Of a stretch of DNA of 61,257 nucleotides, positions 51,748 through 59,281 are shown piece after piece (position 1 is the first letter of the stretch; each line of letters opens with the position of its first letter). The position numbers were made by a program, and so were the translations under genes. Source of the stretch: a virus; IMG/VR virus record IMGVR_UViG_3300016476_000533, positions 1 to 61,257 of that record; one strand, 5' to 3'. The notes beneath the pieces are model-generated. The model was not told the DNA's origin and did not search any database. It saw only the letters and a list, made by a program, of their open reading frames with translations.

Positions 51748-52401
51748 CTATGCCTCTTTGCGGACGGCGTTGCGGTCGAGCACCTTGGCGAGGTCCTCGC
51801 CGTTGAGCATGGCGGCGGCGCGGTCGTACATGGCCTGCCACACAGGGATGCGCTCGTCGTTCTTCAGGAAGGGCGTAGCCTCCAGCAGCGTGCCGTAGAG
51901 CAGCAGTTGCGGCGCGTACTCGGTCAGCCAGTTGCTCTGGACGTTGTCGTCCAGCAGCGGCGGAAGCTCGTAGTAGAGGATCTCAAAGGGGTAGTCGGCG
52001 TCGGGCGTGGGGGCGAAGACCCAGTGCGTGTAGTCGTAGTCCGCGTAGAACTGCGGCTCGCCGGTGAGCGTCTCGTCGGGCCAGTACTGGCGGACATACT
52101 CGTAGGCGCGTGTGAACAGTTGTTTACGGGTCGTGTTGCCGGCGCCCGTGCCGATGTTCATGGAGATGGTGTCGCGCCACCTGTCCGGCTTGGGGTAGAC
52201 CGACTGGCCGGCTGACAGCGTGCCGGTGACGACGGTGCTGAAGCCCTGCACCTTGAGTTCGCGGGCGATGCGACGTTCGGCGAGATTGATGAGCCGGGGA
52301 AGCTGCTCCACGATGACGGGGTCGGTTCCCATCGTGGCGCCACGCTCCAGGTAGCGTTGCACATCCTCTTTGAGCGTGGTGAAGGTCGTGGTCGTCGCCA
52401 T
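51748..52401 (-). CDS. Hypothetical particle protein (217 aa; adaptor/connector-like by position)
   Basis: ORF track. Confidence 0.6.
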   Translation of the reverse strand: MATTTTFTTLKEDVQRYLERGATMGTDPVIVEQLPRLINLAERRIARELKVQGFSTVVTGTLSAGQSVYPKPDRWRDTISMNIGTGAGNTTRKQLFTRAYEYVRQYWPDETLTGEPQFYADYDYTHWVFAPTPDADYPFEILYYELPPLLDDNVQSNWLTEYAPQLLLYGTLLEATPFLKNDERIPVWQAMYDRAAAMLNGEDLAKVLDRNAVRKEA

Positions 52402-52501
52402 TGAGCACCTTGTCGGGGGCTGATGGACGCCGTAGCCCTTGCATCGGGGCCTCGACCGTCAGTCTTGCGAGTGTATCACGGCGCGACGGGGGATGGAAGA
52501 A

Positions 52502-52537
52502 GGGCCGGAGACAATGCAAGCGCATTACCTCCGGCCC
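52502..52537 (-). terminator. Hairpin a (GGGCCGGAG ... CTCCGGCCC, inner ATGC/GCAT)
   Basis: Followed on the minus strand by TTCTTCCATCC (weak T run). Confidence 0.4.
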
Positions 52538-52614
52538 CCTGTGCAGTCGCCACTTGGTTATCCCGCGCGCCGCAGGACCCGTGAGGGTGTGGGGGAGCCG
52601 AGGACTGCTCGCTT

Positions 52615-52780
52615 CCCGTAAAGCAAGGGCCGAGACAGTCCGGGGTAACAATGCTTCCCGCGACCTGTCCCGGCCCTGCGCCGCACCCCCGAAGCGGTGC
52701 GGGTTGATGTGCAGCGGGATCGGACACCCGCTGTTGGCGCACACCGTGTATCACGTCCGCCACCCACGCTGAAGCGTGAG
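52615..52780 (-). ncRNA. Candidate structured small RNA, unit B (paralogue of unit A)
   Basis: Bounded by the TTGCCA-N16-TATGCT promoter and hairpin b. Shares 5' and 3' blocks with 52960..53180. No credible ORF. Confidence 0.35.
52627..52676 (-). terminator. Hairpin b (GGGCCGAGACAG ... CTGTCCCGGCCC)
   Basis: Followed on the minus strand by TTGCTTTACGGG. Preceded by the CCGCACC-loop-GGTGCGG hairpin at 52681-52702. Confidence 0.45.
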
Positions 52781-52786
52781 GCCAGA

Positions 52787-52814
52787 AGCATACGCTATTC
52801 ACCAGAAATGGCAA
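52787..52814 (-). promoter_or_regulatory. Candidate promoter TTGCCA-N16-TATGCT (minus strand)
   Basis: The -35 element overlaps the T-rich tail of hairpin c. Confidence 0.4.
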
Positions 52815-52836
52815 GGGCCGAGGTTTCCCCCGGCCC
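52815..52836 (-). terminator. Hairpin c (GGGCCGAGG-tttc-CCCCGGCCC)
   Basis: Followed on the minus strand by TTGCCATTTCTGG. Confidence 0.45.
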
Positions 52837-52959
52837 TGCCTTATCTCTCGTCCAGAGGGGGTGTGCCGAAGCAGTGACCGTTTCCTCTGGCACACCTCGG
52901 GGCGGCCCCCATGCGGTGAGCCTGACAGGCTATGCCTGCCGATACCCTACACGCCAACC

Positions 52960-53180
52960 CACAAAAAGCAAGGGCCGAGATTGCTCCCGGCCCTGCGCCG
53001 CACCCCCGAAGCGGTGCGGGTGACGTTTATGGGGCCTTGGCCCGCAGGCGCGCCCCAACCAAACCGACCCGGGGTAACGAAACCGTCCCGCGCTATCGTT
53101 TGGTTATCGGAACCATTGCTGGCCCGGAAGTTCCGCCGTAGCGGGTAGTCGAGGGTCGCCACCCACGCCGAAACGTGAGG
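52960..53180 (-). ncRNA. Candidate structured small RNA, unit A
   Basis: Bounded by the TTGACG-N16-TATGCT promoter and the canonical terminator d. Contains long-range helix AACCAAAC (53057-53064) / GTTTGGTT (53098-53105). Confidence 0.35.
52972..52993 (-). terminator. Hairpin d, canonical intrinsic terminator
   Basis: GGGCCGGGAGCAATCTCGGCCC followed by TTGCTTTTTGTG on the minus strand. Confidence 0.6.
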
Positions 53181-53185
53181 ACAGG

Positions 53186-53213
53186 AGCATACGCCATCAG
53201 CGCGTGGCGTCAA
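53186..53213 (-). promoter_or_regulatory. Candidate promoter TTGACG-N16-TATGCT (minus strand), with an inverted repeat ACGCCA/TGGCGT across the spacer
   Basis: Read directly on the minus strand. Confidence 0.4.
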
Positions 53214-53227
53214 CAAGCAAAAAGAGA

Positions 53228-53249
53228 GGGCCGAGATTGCTCCCGACCC
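53228..53249 (-). terminator. Hairpin e, intrinsic terminator after the lysis-side operon
   Basis: GGGTCGGGAGCAATCTCGGCCC followed by TCTCTTTTTGCTTG on the minus strand. Confidence 0.55.
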
Positions 53250-53276
53250 TCCTAGTTCATCCAGAAGTGCAACGCC

Positions 53277-53304
53277 ACACTACACCATCCGCGCGTGGCG
53301 TCAA
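53277..53304 (-). promoter_or_regulatory. Promoter-like repeat TTGACG-N16-TAGTGT overlapping the stop codon of the 53301 gene
   Basis: Duplicate of the CGCGTGGCGTCAA block seen at 53201-53213. Confidence 0.25.
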
Positions 53305-53558
53305 TCCTCGTAGCGGAAATCCCGGTGGTCCGTGCCGTGAACCCACGCCCACATCCAGTTGTTCAGGTTGCTCTGGTTGCTGTGACCGGCGGTAAGGTAC
53401 CCCCCGCCGACGAGTTCATAGAGGGCGGTCTTGTCGGAAAGCCATTTTTCCGCGTCAGGCCCTTTGGTGAAAGTCAGGGTGTTTTCGTCGCCCTGCACAT
53501 AAAGGGCTACGCCGCCTTCAAGGCCACTCAGAACAGTAAAGTTGATTTTCGATGACAT
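53301..53558 (-). CDS. Hypothetical protein (85 aa; start MSSKINFTV), lower GC
   Basis: GGAGGACAGAC-ATG context; frame of ORF 53301..53585. Confidence 0.55.
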   Translation of the reverse strand: MSSKINFTVLSGLEGGVALYVQGDENTLTFTKGPDAEKWLSDKTALYELVGGGYLTAGHSNQSNLNNWMWAWVHGTDHRDFRYED

Positions 53559-53609
53559 GTCTGTCCTCCAGTTTTGGTATGTCATACCTCTCCCTGTCTG
53601 CGCCCATTG

Positions 53610-53870
53610 TCAACCCTTTCCGCTACCCCAAGGCGGAGTGTGCAGCCGAGTGGCGGAAGCCCCGAACAGGAAGGCGAGGTGCTCTATAGACGACCGGCTC
53701 CCACCGCCAAAAGTCTCATACCCACTTTCATCCGCCAGAGCCACGACGACGGTGTACACTTCGCCGTAGACACCTGCCTCAATGTTGTCGGCTATGTTCC
53801 GCAGCATCTTCGCCGGGTCTTTGAAGTCGGGCGGCTTGATCTCGCCCACAACTTTCAAGTCAGTCATCAT
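53610..53870 (-). CDS. Hypothetical protein (86 aa; start MMTDLKVVGEIKPP)
   Basis: ATGA overlap with the endolysin stop. This is the 3' part of the artefactually long ORF 53610..54230. Confidence 0.55.
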   Translation of the reverse strand: MMTDLKVVGEIKPPDFKDPAKMLRNIADNIEAGVYGEVYTVVVALADESGYETFGGGSRSSIEHLAFLFGASATRLHTPPWGSGKG

Positions 53871-54298
53871 CAACCCTCCAACCGACCGCCCTTCTGGAAA
53901 TGCGACAGGGGCTTGCCGCCCGTGTACTGGAAGTGAGGAAACTCTTTGAACTTGGTCCACCGCCCCGCCCACTCCAGCCCGGCGCCCTCGCCGAGTTCCC
54001 CGACGCGCTGCCACAGCTTGCCGTCCTCGCCGCTCGTGCCCCACACGGGCTTGCCGTTGCGCAGGGGCACCACGTCGTAGGCGAGGCGGTAGTTGTGGAA
54101 GGACTGGCCACCCTTTGCGTTCGTGACCTTCTTGCCCGGCTTGGTGCGGCCTTGGGCGTAGAGCGCGTCCTGCTCGGCGGGCGAGCGGTAGGTGCAGGTC
54201 ACGAGCAGGTCGATGCCGTGGGCCTCGCACGCCATGAGGTGCGCGGTCGCCTTGGCTCTCACCGTCGGGTGCAGGTCGTAGATGTCGCGGCTGGGCAT
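53870..54298 (-). CDS. Endolysin, peptidase M15 (VanY / L-alanyl-D-glutamate peptidase type)
   Basis: GGQSFHNYRLAYDVVP (SxHxxGxAxD) and EFPHFQY; start MPSRDIY at 54298. Confidence 0.8.
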   Translation of the reverse strand: MPSRDIYDLHPTVRAKATAHLMACEAHGIDLLVTCTYRSPAEQDALYAQGRTKPGKKVTNAKGGQSFHNYRLAYDVVPLRNGKPVWGTSGEDGKLWQRVGELGEGAGLEWAGRWTKFKEFPHFQYTGGKPLSHFQKGGRLEG

Positions 54299-54299
54299 G

Positions 54300-54608
54300 T
54301 CACTTCCTCCAGAACAGGTACCACGGCTTCTTCGCCGGCGGCTCAAGCAGCTTCACGAGCCCCGCGCGCTTGGCCTCGCAGTCTTGCAGCGCGACCTCCT
54401 GGCGCACGGAGAACGCGGCGAGATCCGCAATCGTCACGACGGGTGTATCAGGACCGATACACGCCTCACGGAACGGCTGGGGGATCACCGGGCTCGGCGC
54501 CCTGCTTCCCGCGCACGCGGTCAATGCCAGAGCGCCAAGCAGACAGGACGCCGTCAGGAACGGGCGTCGAGGCGTCAGGCGATTCGTAGATGTGCTGGAC
54601 GGCGACAT
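54300..54608 (-). CDS. o-spanin (outer-membrane lipoprotein), overlapping the i-spanin gene
   Basis: Lipobox LALTAC; +1-frame overlap with 54466..54804. Confidence 0.65.
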   Translation of the reverse strand: MSPSSTSTNRLTPRRPFLTASCLLGALALTACAGSRAPSPVIPQPFREACIGPDTPVVTIADLAAFSVRQEVALQDCEAKRAGLVKLLEPPAKKPWYLFWRK

Positions 54609-54804
54609 TGCCGCGCTCCCGTACGATGATGGTCTGTTGAGTGTAGGTCTCCAGAGCCTCGCGGGCTTTCTGCTCGACCTGCGCTTGAGCGACCGCCGCC
54701 TCGGCCCTGGCCTTCTCGACGCGCGCCTTGTGCTGGAACCAGAGGGCGACGGCCACCATCACGGCGACGATGGCCATGCAGCCCATGAGGAGGTAGCGGT
54801 TCAC
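54466..54804 (-). CDS. i-spanin (N-terminal TM helix plus coiled coil)
   Basis: LLMGCMAIVAVMVAVALWF followed by KARVEKARAEAAVAQAQVEQKAREA. Confidence 0.65.
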   Translation of the reverse strand: MNRYLLMGCMAIVAVMVAVALWFQHKARVEKARAEAAVAQAQVEQKAREALETYTQQTIIVRERGNVAVQHIYESPDASTPVPDGVLSAWRSGIDRVRGKQGAEPGDPPAVP

Positions 54805-55055
54805 TCAATGATCTCCTTGACCTCCTCGGCGGTCTTGATCGCCTCGGCCTTTAGGCGCGTCAGGTCCACGAGGGTGGCTCCCGCCATGTAGACGAAGGCG
54901 AGCAGGATGTTGGCGAAGATGAGGCCAAGGCCGATCCACTTCAATGCGTGTGGCTCGTCAACCTTGAACACGATCCACGCGATGGTGGTGGCGTTGATGC
55001 TGGTGAACAGGAACGTGAAGAGCCTGCGCCAGAACCATTGCACCTCCTTGGTCAT
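54801..55055 (-). CDS. Holin candidate (84 aa, two TM helices, charged C-terminus)
   Basis: ATGA overlap; LFTFLFTSINATTIAWIVF and WIGLGLIFANILLAFVYMAGA. Confidence 0.55.
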   Translation of the reverse strand: MTKEVQWFWRRLFTFLFTSINATTIAWIVFKVDEPHALKWIGLGLIFANILLAFVYMAGATLVDLTRLKAEAIKTAEEVKEIIE

Positions 55056-55999
55056 ACCGCTTCCCCACGGAAGTAGGCGACGCCGTCGATCACTTCGCAA
55101 AGTTCAGGTGGCAGAACGCGACCATCCTTGAATGTCAGGATCGCGAAGCCGGAACACCAAGGCGTCGCGTTGTTCTCCAGATACTCGAATTGCGGGCCGA
55201 GCGGATCGGACAAGGTGCCGGTGTCCACACCCCACCGACGCCCGGTGTAATCCGCCCACGGCGTCACGGCGAGGCGGTGAAGGTGGCCCGTCACCATCGT
55301 CAGGCCGCCCTTCAGCGTGTTGTTGTAGACGGCATGGATGCCGTTGGCCTGCCGATGCTTGACCATGACCTTGCCGTTCAGGCGGATGGACCAAGCCATT
55401 TCCCATTCAGGGAACTTGTCCGCCAGACGCTCCACGACGCCTTCATACTCGGCGGCGTTGACGACCATCGCCCTGTCAAAGCGGGCGTCGTGGTTGCCGA
55501 TGTTCCAGTCCAGCGGCGTCCCGCGCTTGGCGGCGAGGGCGATCTCGTGCATCCGCTCAAGGCAGGCGTCGAGCTCTTCCTTCACCGAGGGCGGCTGGCC
55601 CCAGCCGTGCGGGTCGTGCCGGCTGATCCGGGCGCCGTCGAAGATGTCCCCGTTGGCGATGACGCGCTTGGGTTGAAGGCGCTTGATGAGTTTGAGCAGG
55701 GCCTCGTTGGCTACAGTGCGGTTGCCCGGCCAGAAGTGGGCGTCGGAGAAGACGACCACATGGCCATTCTCCACGGTAGCTTGGCGCTCTCGGGTGTAGG
55801 ACCAGGACTGCGTATAGGTGGACTGGGTGGCGCCTTGAAAGTTAGCGGGGTGCGTCTCTAGGACGATTCCCCTGTTCGCCATTTTCTGCCGACGGCGATA
55901 GACTTCGCGCACTTGCATGTTGAGGCTGCGGGCGACGGCGGAAGGTGAACACCCGCACTCACGCCATGCGGCGATGAACTGGTCATCGGAGATAGCCAT
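55052..55999 (-). CDS. Calcineurin-like metallophosphoesterase with an N-terminal HTH
   Basis: VFSDAHF, NGDIFDG, GNHD, GHLH motifs; N-terminal CSPSAVARSLNMQVREVYRRRQ. Confidence 0.75.
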   Translation of the reverse strand: MAISDDQFIAAWRECGCSPSAVARSLNMQVREVYRRRQKMANRGIVLETHPANFQGATQSTYTQSWSYTRERQATVENGHVVVFSDAHFWPGNRTVANEALLKLIKRLQPKRVIANGDIFDGARISRHDPHGWGQPPSVKEELDACLERMHEIALAAKRGTPLDWNIGNHDARFDRAMVVNAAEYEGVVERLADKFPEWEMAWSIRLNGKVMVKHRQANGIHAVYNNTLKGGLTMVTGHLHRLAVTPWADYTGRRWGVDTGTLSDPLGPQFEYLENNATPWCSGFAILTFKDGRVLPPELCEVIDGVAYFRGEAV

Positions 56000-56017
56000 A
56001 GGTGCTCCTTGGCTGTG

Positions 56018-56251
56018 TTACCGGGGCGCCTTCGTGTCCAGCTTGTCGTAGATTTTGTCGAGGAGTTCGTGGATGCGACCGATGTCCTGTCGGTAGTCGT
56101 CCTTGGAGACATATTCCTTGGGCAGATCGGCACGAAGGGTGGCGAGGTCGCCACGCAGTTCCTTAACCGCTCCCCACAACTCGCGCAACACCCAACCGCC
56201 AACGGCCATGACGATGGCGGCGACCGCCTGGACGACAGAATCCCAGTTCAT
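56018..56251 (-). CDS. Small membrane-anchored coiled-coil protein (77 aa; start MNWDSVV)
   Basis: GGAG RBS; AVAAIVMAVGGWVL TM segment. Confidence 0.5.
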   Translation of the reverse strand: MNWDSVVQAVAAIVMAVGGWVLRELWGAVKELRGDLATLRADLPKEYVSKDDYRQDIGRIHELLDKIYDKLDTKAPR

Positions 56252-56256
56252 CGGTC

Positions 56257-56577
56257 TTAACTCCAATCGGAACGCGGGGGGTAATCGGTGCGGGCCTTGT
56301 GCCGGCGAGGGTCGTCATACTGGCCGGGCCGCTTGCCCTCGTCTCGCTCAATCGCCTTTTCGCAATGGTCTGGATCCAGCCAGTCGAGGATGCGGCACAG
56401 GACGCAGGCGAACTTGCGCCCGCGCCGCTTGTCCTTGGCGATGCGCGAGGAGATGGTTTCGTCCTCTGATCCAAAGAGCAGGGCGTTCAGCAGTTGGTCG
56501 AAGGCCACGAACAGCCGGCGGAAGTAGGACAGGATCGGGCGGCCGGGGATCGTGGCTTCTTCCTGCGGGCGGTCCAT
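56257..56577 (-). CDS. Hypothetical protein (106 aa)
   Basis: ORF track. Confidence 0.55.
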   Translation of the reverse strand: MDRPQEEATIPGRPILSYFRRLFVAFDQLLNALLFGSEDETISSRIAKDKRRGRKFACVLCRILDWLDPDHCEKAIERDEGKRPGQYDDPRRHKARTDYPPRSDWS

Positions 56578-57020
56578 TACGGCGCCTCGCCGGCCAGGAT
56601 TTGCGCCGCGCGCCCGGGGGCGAGGATGCCCGCCGCCTCCAGGGCGGGCAGGCCGGCCACGATGTCCGGGTCGTTGAGCCGGACGACCGTCGCCTGGCTC
56701 AGCTTGTACTGGTAGACGGCGACCATGGGCGACTGGTTCGCCGCGACCAGGATCGCCGCCAGCTCGGGGTCGGTGAACAGGCGCAGGAAGTCGATCTTGT
56801 TCAGCTCGGGCGGCCCCGGCTCCGGCGGGGGCGGAGGCGGCGGGGTGAAGGGGAAGAAGCCCAGGCCGTCCACGCCCAGCTCGATCGCCGCCTGGGGCGC
56901 CGTGGCCGAGACGTCCGCCAGGGCCGCGTCGGGCCAGCCGACCAGGAAGGCCGGCAGGGCCTCAGGCGCGCCGATGTCCTCGCCGGTCGCCAGCCGGCGG
57001 CGCTGGTAGAGCTGGGTCAT
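56577..57020 (-). CDS. Hypothetical protein (147 aa) with a PPPPPPPEPGPPE linker
   Basis: ORF track. Confidence 0.6.
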   Translation of the reverse strand: MTQLYQRRRLATGEDIGAPEALPAFLVGWPDAALADVSATAPQAAIELGVDGLGFFPFTPPPPPPPEPGPPELNKIDFLRLFTDPELAAILVAANQSPMVAVYQYKLSQATVVRLNDPDIVAGLPALEAAGILAPGRAAQILAGEAP

Positions 57021-57862
57021 GCGGTCCTCGTAAGGGTCGTGTCAGCGGTGCAGGTGTGGATGGTCCAGGGGCCGACCGTCGTGATTGTCCCGCCGGTCCA
57101 GGTCTGGGTCCCGGTCAGGTAGCGAAGGATCAGGATCCCGGCGTTTCCGTTCGATCCGCCGGTGCTGGAGCCGGGAACCGCGCCGCCGCCGCCGCCGCCC
57201 GGGCCCGAGGCCGCCGGGCCCGCGCCGCCGACCGTGTGCCCCCCCTGGCCGCCCTTGCCGTACTCGACCGGCGCGCCAGAGATGGAAGAGAACTTGCCGG
57301 GCCCAGGAGCCCCGCCGGTTGTCGTGTTCGCATTGCCGCCCGCCCCGCCCGCGCCGCCGCCGCCCGGGCCGCCGCGATAGGTCGAGTAATCCGTAGCGAA
57401 GGTCCCGCCGACAAACCCGCCGTGAGCGCGGGGCGCGTTGCTGTAGCCCCCGGTGCCGCAAGAGTTGAAACCCGAGGTGAAGACGTCGGTCCCGGTGATC
57501 GACCCGTAATAGCCATAACCGCCGCCGCCGCCGCCGATGGCGGTCAGCAGAGATCCAAAGCGCGTCACTCCGCCGAAGGCATTCGCGCTGAAGACTGTGC
57601 CACCCTGCCCGATGGTGACGGCATAGGCGCCAAGGCCCGGGGCGGCGATCTCTACCTCGAGGACCTGGCCGCCCGCACCGCCCGACGTCGAGTGACCCGT
57701 GCTGTTGCTGCTTCCCGATGTCCGATCCCCTGCTCCGCCCCCGCCGACCAGCAGCAGCTGGACCGTCGGGGCGGCAGGCGCGCCGCCGCTGGCCGGCCGC
57801 AGGCCGAGGCCGCCGGCGAGGGATCCGCCCAGGGGCGCGCCGAGCTGCGCCTCCTGGCCCAT
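57017..57862 (-). CDS. Glycine-rich-domain tail/fibre-associated protein (281 aa)
   Basis: LLLVGGGGAG...GGGGGYGYYG...GGPGGGGAGGAGG...GILILRYL is typical of phage glycine-rich tail proteins. Confidence 0.65.
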   Translation of the reverse strand: MGQEAQLGAPLGGSLAGGLGLRPASGGAPAAPTVQLLLVGGGGAGDRTSGSSNSTGHSTSGGAGGQVLEVEIAAPGLGAYAVTIGQGGTVFSANAFGGVTRFGSLLTAIGGGGGGYGYYGSITGTDVFTSGFNSCGTGGYSNAPRAHGGFVGGTFATDYSTYRGGPGGGGAGGAGGNANTTTGGAPGPGKFSSISGAPVEYGKGGQGGHTVGGAGPAASGPGGGGGGAVPGSSTGGSNGNAGILILRYLTGTQTWTGGTITTVGPWTIHTCTADTTLTRTA

Positions 57863-58272
57863 CAGAAATCGGCCCCTTCGACCGTGAAGACCACGCCGCC
57901 GGTGACGCCGATCGCGCCGTACAGCTTCTCATTGGCGGCCAGGATCATCGGGGCCGAGTCCGAGTAGCCGAAGTCGACCGGGTCCTGGCCGGCGGTTGCG
58001 GCGACCGTCGTCGCCGGCAGGGTCTTCGACCGGACGAACCGCTTGATGGTCCCGGCCCCGTCGTGATCGCGGAACAGCTGCAGCTCGGTCGCCGTGCAGG
58101 TCGCCCGGGTGACCGCCGAGATCTTCGAGACCCGGGCCCCGTTCGCCCCGGCGGTGAAGATGACCGCCGTGTTCGTCGGCGTGTCGCTGTAGTTGGAGTT
58201 GGCGGTCGTCGCGACGCCCGAGCTCGAGCGCGGGGTCTGGGGCGTGACGACCTTGTTCTGGGAAACGGGCAT
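57862..58272 (-). CDS. Hypothetical structural protein (136 aa)
   Basis: ORF track. Confidence 0.6.
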   Translation of the reverse strand: MPVSQNKVVTPQTPRSSSGVATTANSNYSDTPTNTAVIFTAGANGARVSKISAVTRATCTATELQLFRDHDGAGTIKRFVRSKTLPATTVAATAGQDPVDFGYSDSAPMILAANEKLYGAIGVTGGVVFTVEGADF

Positions 58273-58284
58273 GGGCGGGGGCTC

Positions 58285-58977
58285 CTAGAAGCAGAGGGAC
58301 ATGGCGACCGCGAACTCCTGGTCCACGGTCTGGCGGGCGGCCTGGTCGCTGGCGTAGTCAGAGATCGCACCCGTGGTCAGGGAGACGGCCGCAAGGGCGG
58401 TCAGGGCGACCGTCCAGGCCGCGAAGGTCCCGGAGCCGTTGGTCGAGGTCACCTCGACGGTCAGGACGCCCGTCCCGGAATTGTGGGCGGTGATGACCCC
58501 GCTCATCTGGTTCAGCGGGCTTGCCGAGCTGGCGATGACCACGGCCTGGCCGATCGCGTAGGCCTTGCCGGTCTGGATGGTCAGGGTCTTGGAGCCCGTG
58601 CCGATCGTCAGGGAGGTGGTCGAGGTCGCGTTCGTGCCCGGCGCGCCCAGGGCCGAGCTGGCGCTGTTGGCGGCCGCCGTGGCGCTGTTCGAGGCGTTGG
58701 TCGCCGAGGTCGAGGCCGCACTGGCCGAGCCCGCCGCCGCCGTCGCCGAGCTGGCCGCCGCCGTGGCGCTGGCGGCGGACTCTCCGGCCTTGGTCGTCGC
58801 CGTCGTCGCCGAGGTCGAGGCCGAGCTGGCCGAGCTGGCGGCGTTGTTCAGCGTGGAGAACTTCGCCTTGTAGGTCACGCCGCCGACGATGTAGGGCACG
58901 TACCCGTCTGGGTTGTTGCCGACATACTCGTTCAGTTGCGAGATGCGTGTCGGGATCAGGTTGCTGGGCACGCTCAT
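58285..58977 (-). CDS. Tail fibre-like protein with an Ala/Ser-rich repeat stalk (230 aa)
   Basis: N-terminus PTRISQLNEY...GVTYKAKFSTL followed by SASSASTSATTATTKAGESAASATAAASSATAAAGSASAAST. Confidence 0.6.
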   Translation of the reverse strand: MSVPSNLIPTRISQLNEYVGNNPDGYVPYIVGGVTYKAKFSTLNNAASSASSASTSATTATTKAGESAASATAAASSATAAAGSASAASTSATNASNSATAAANSASSALGAPGTNATSTTSLTIGTGSKTLTIQTGKAYAIGQAVVIASSASPLNQMSGVITAHNSGTGVLTVEVTSTNGSGTFAAWTVALTALAAVSLTTGAISDYASDQAARQTVDQEFAVAMSLCF

Positions 58978-59276
58978 GGGAGCAGGAACTCCTCGAAGTC
59001 CTCGGTGACGAGGAAGTAGTCGCCGTCCTCGGAGATCACGCCGGATGGATCCGTGGCGATGCTGACGTCAGGCCGCACGAAGCGAAGGGTGATGTCCTCG
59101 CTCTGCCGGGCGGGGAGGCGGTAGGGGTCGAACTGGTCGAGGTCCTTGTCGCAGACCATCAGGCCGGGGAAGTTCGGGTCGGAGTGCAGGTCGTCCAGCG
59201 ACATCTTGCGGCTGCACCGAGCGCAGATGCCGATGCCAAGCGTCGAGCGCCCACGGGTGTCGAGGTAGAGCGGCAT
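58974..59276 (-). CDS. Hypothetical Cys-containing protein (100 aa; start MPLYLDT)
   Basis: GAGGTAAGCACC-ATG context; frame of ORF 58974..59348. Confidence 0.55.
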   Translation of the reverse strand: MPLYLDTRGRSTLGIGICARCSRKMSLDDLHSDPNFPGLMVCDKDLDQFDPYRLPARQSEDITLRFVRPDVSIATDPSGVISEDGDYFLVTEDFEEFLLP

Positions 59277-59281
59277 GGTGC

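Noticed and set aside
52402-53300. Possible CRISPR-like or tRNA content in the hairpin-rich tract, and the 139-aa and 89-aa minus-strand ORFs there
   Set aside because: Hairpin spacing is irregular and the copies are imperfect. I see no T-loop (GTTCRANYC) or cloverleaf. The ORFs run through terminator stems and lack coding-type composition. tRNAscan or Infernal could not be run.
53871-54230. 5' two-thirds of the 206-aa ORF 53610..54230 (-)
   Set aside because: This part overlaps the M15 endolysin gene in another frame. Only the final 86 codons, starting at an ATGA-coupled ATG (53870), look real.
57042-59019. Long Arg/Gly/Pro-rich ORFs on both strands (57042..57932 -, 57056..57967 +, 57718..59019 +)
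   Set aside because: Alternative frames of the glycine-rich and Ala/Ser-rich fibre genes. GGN/GCN repeats keep every frame open.
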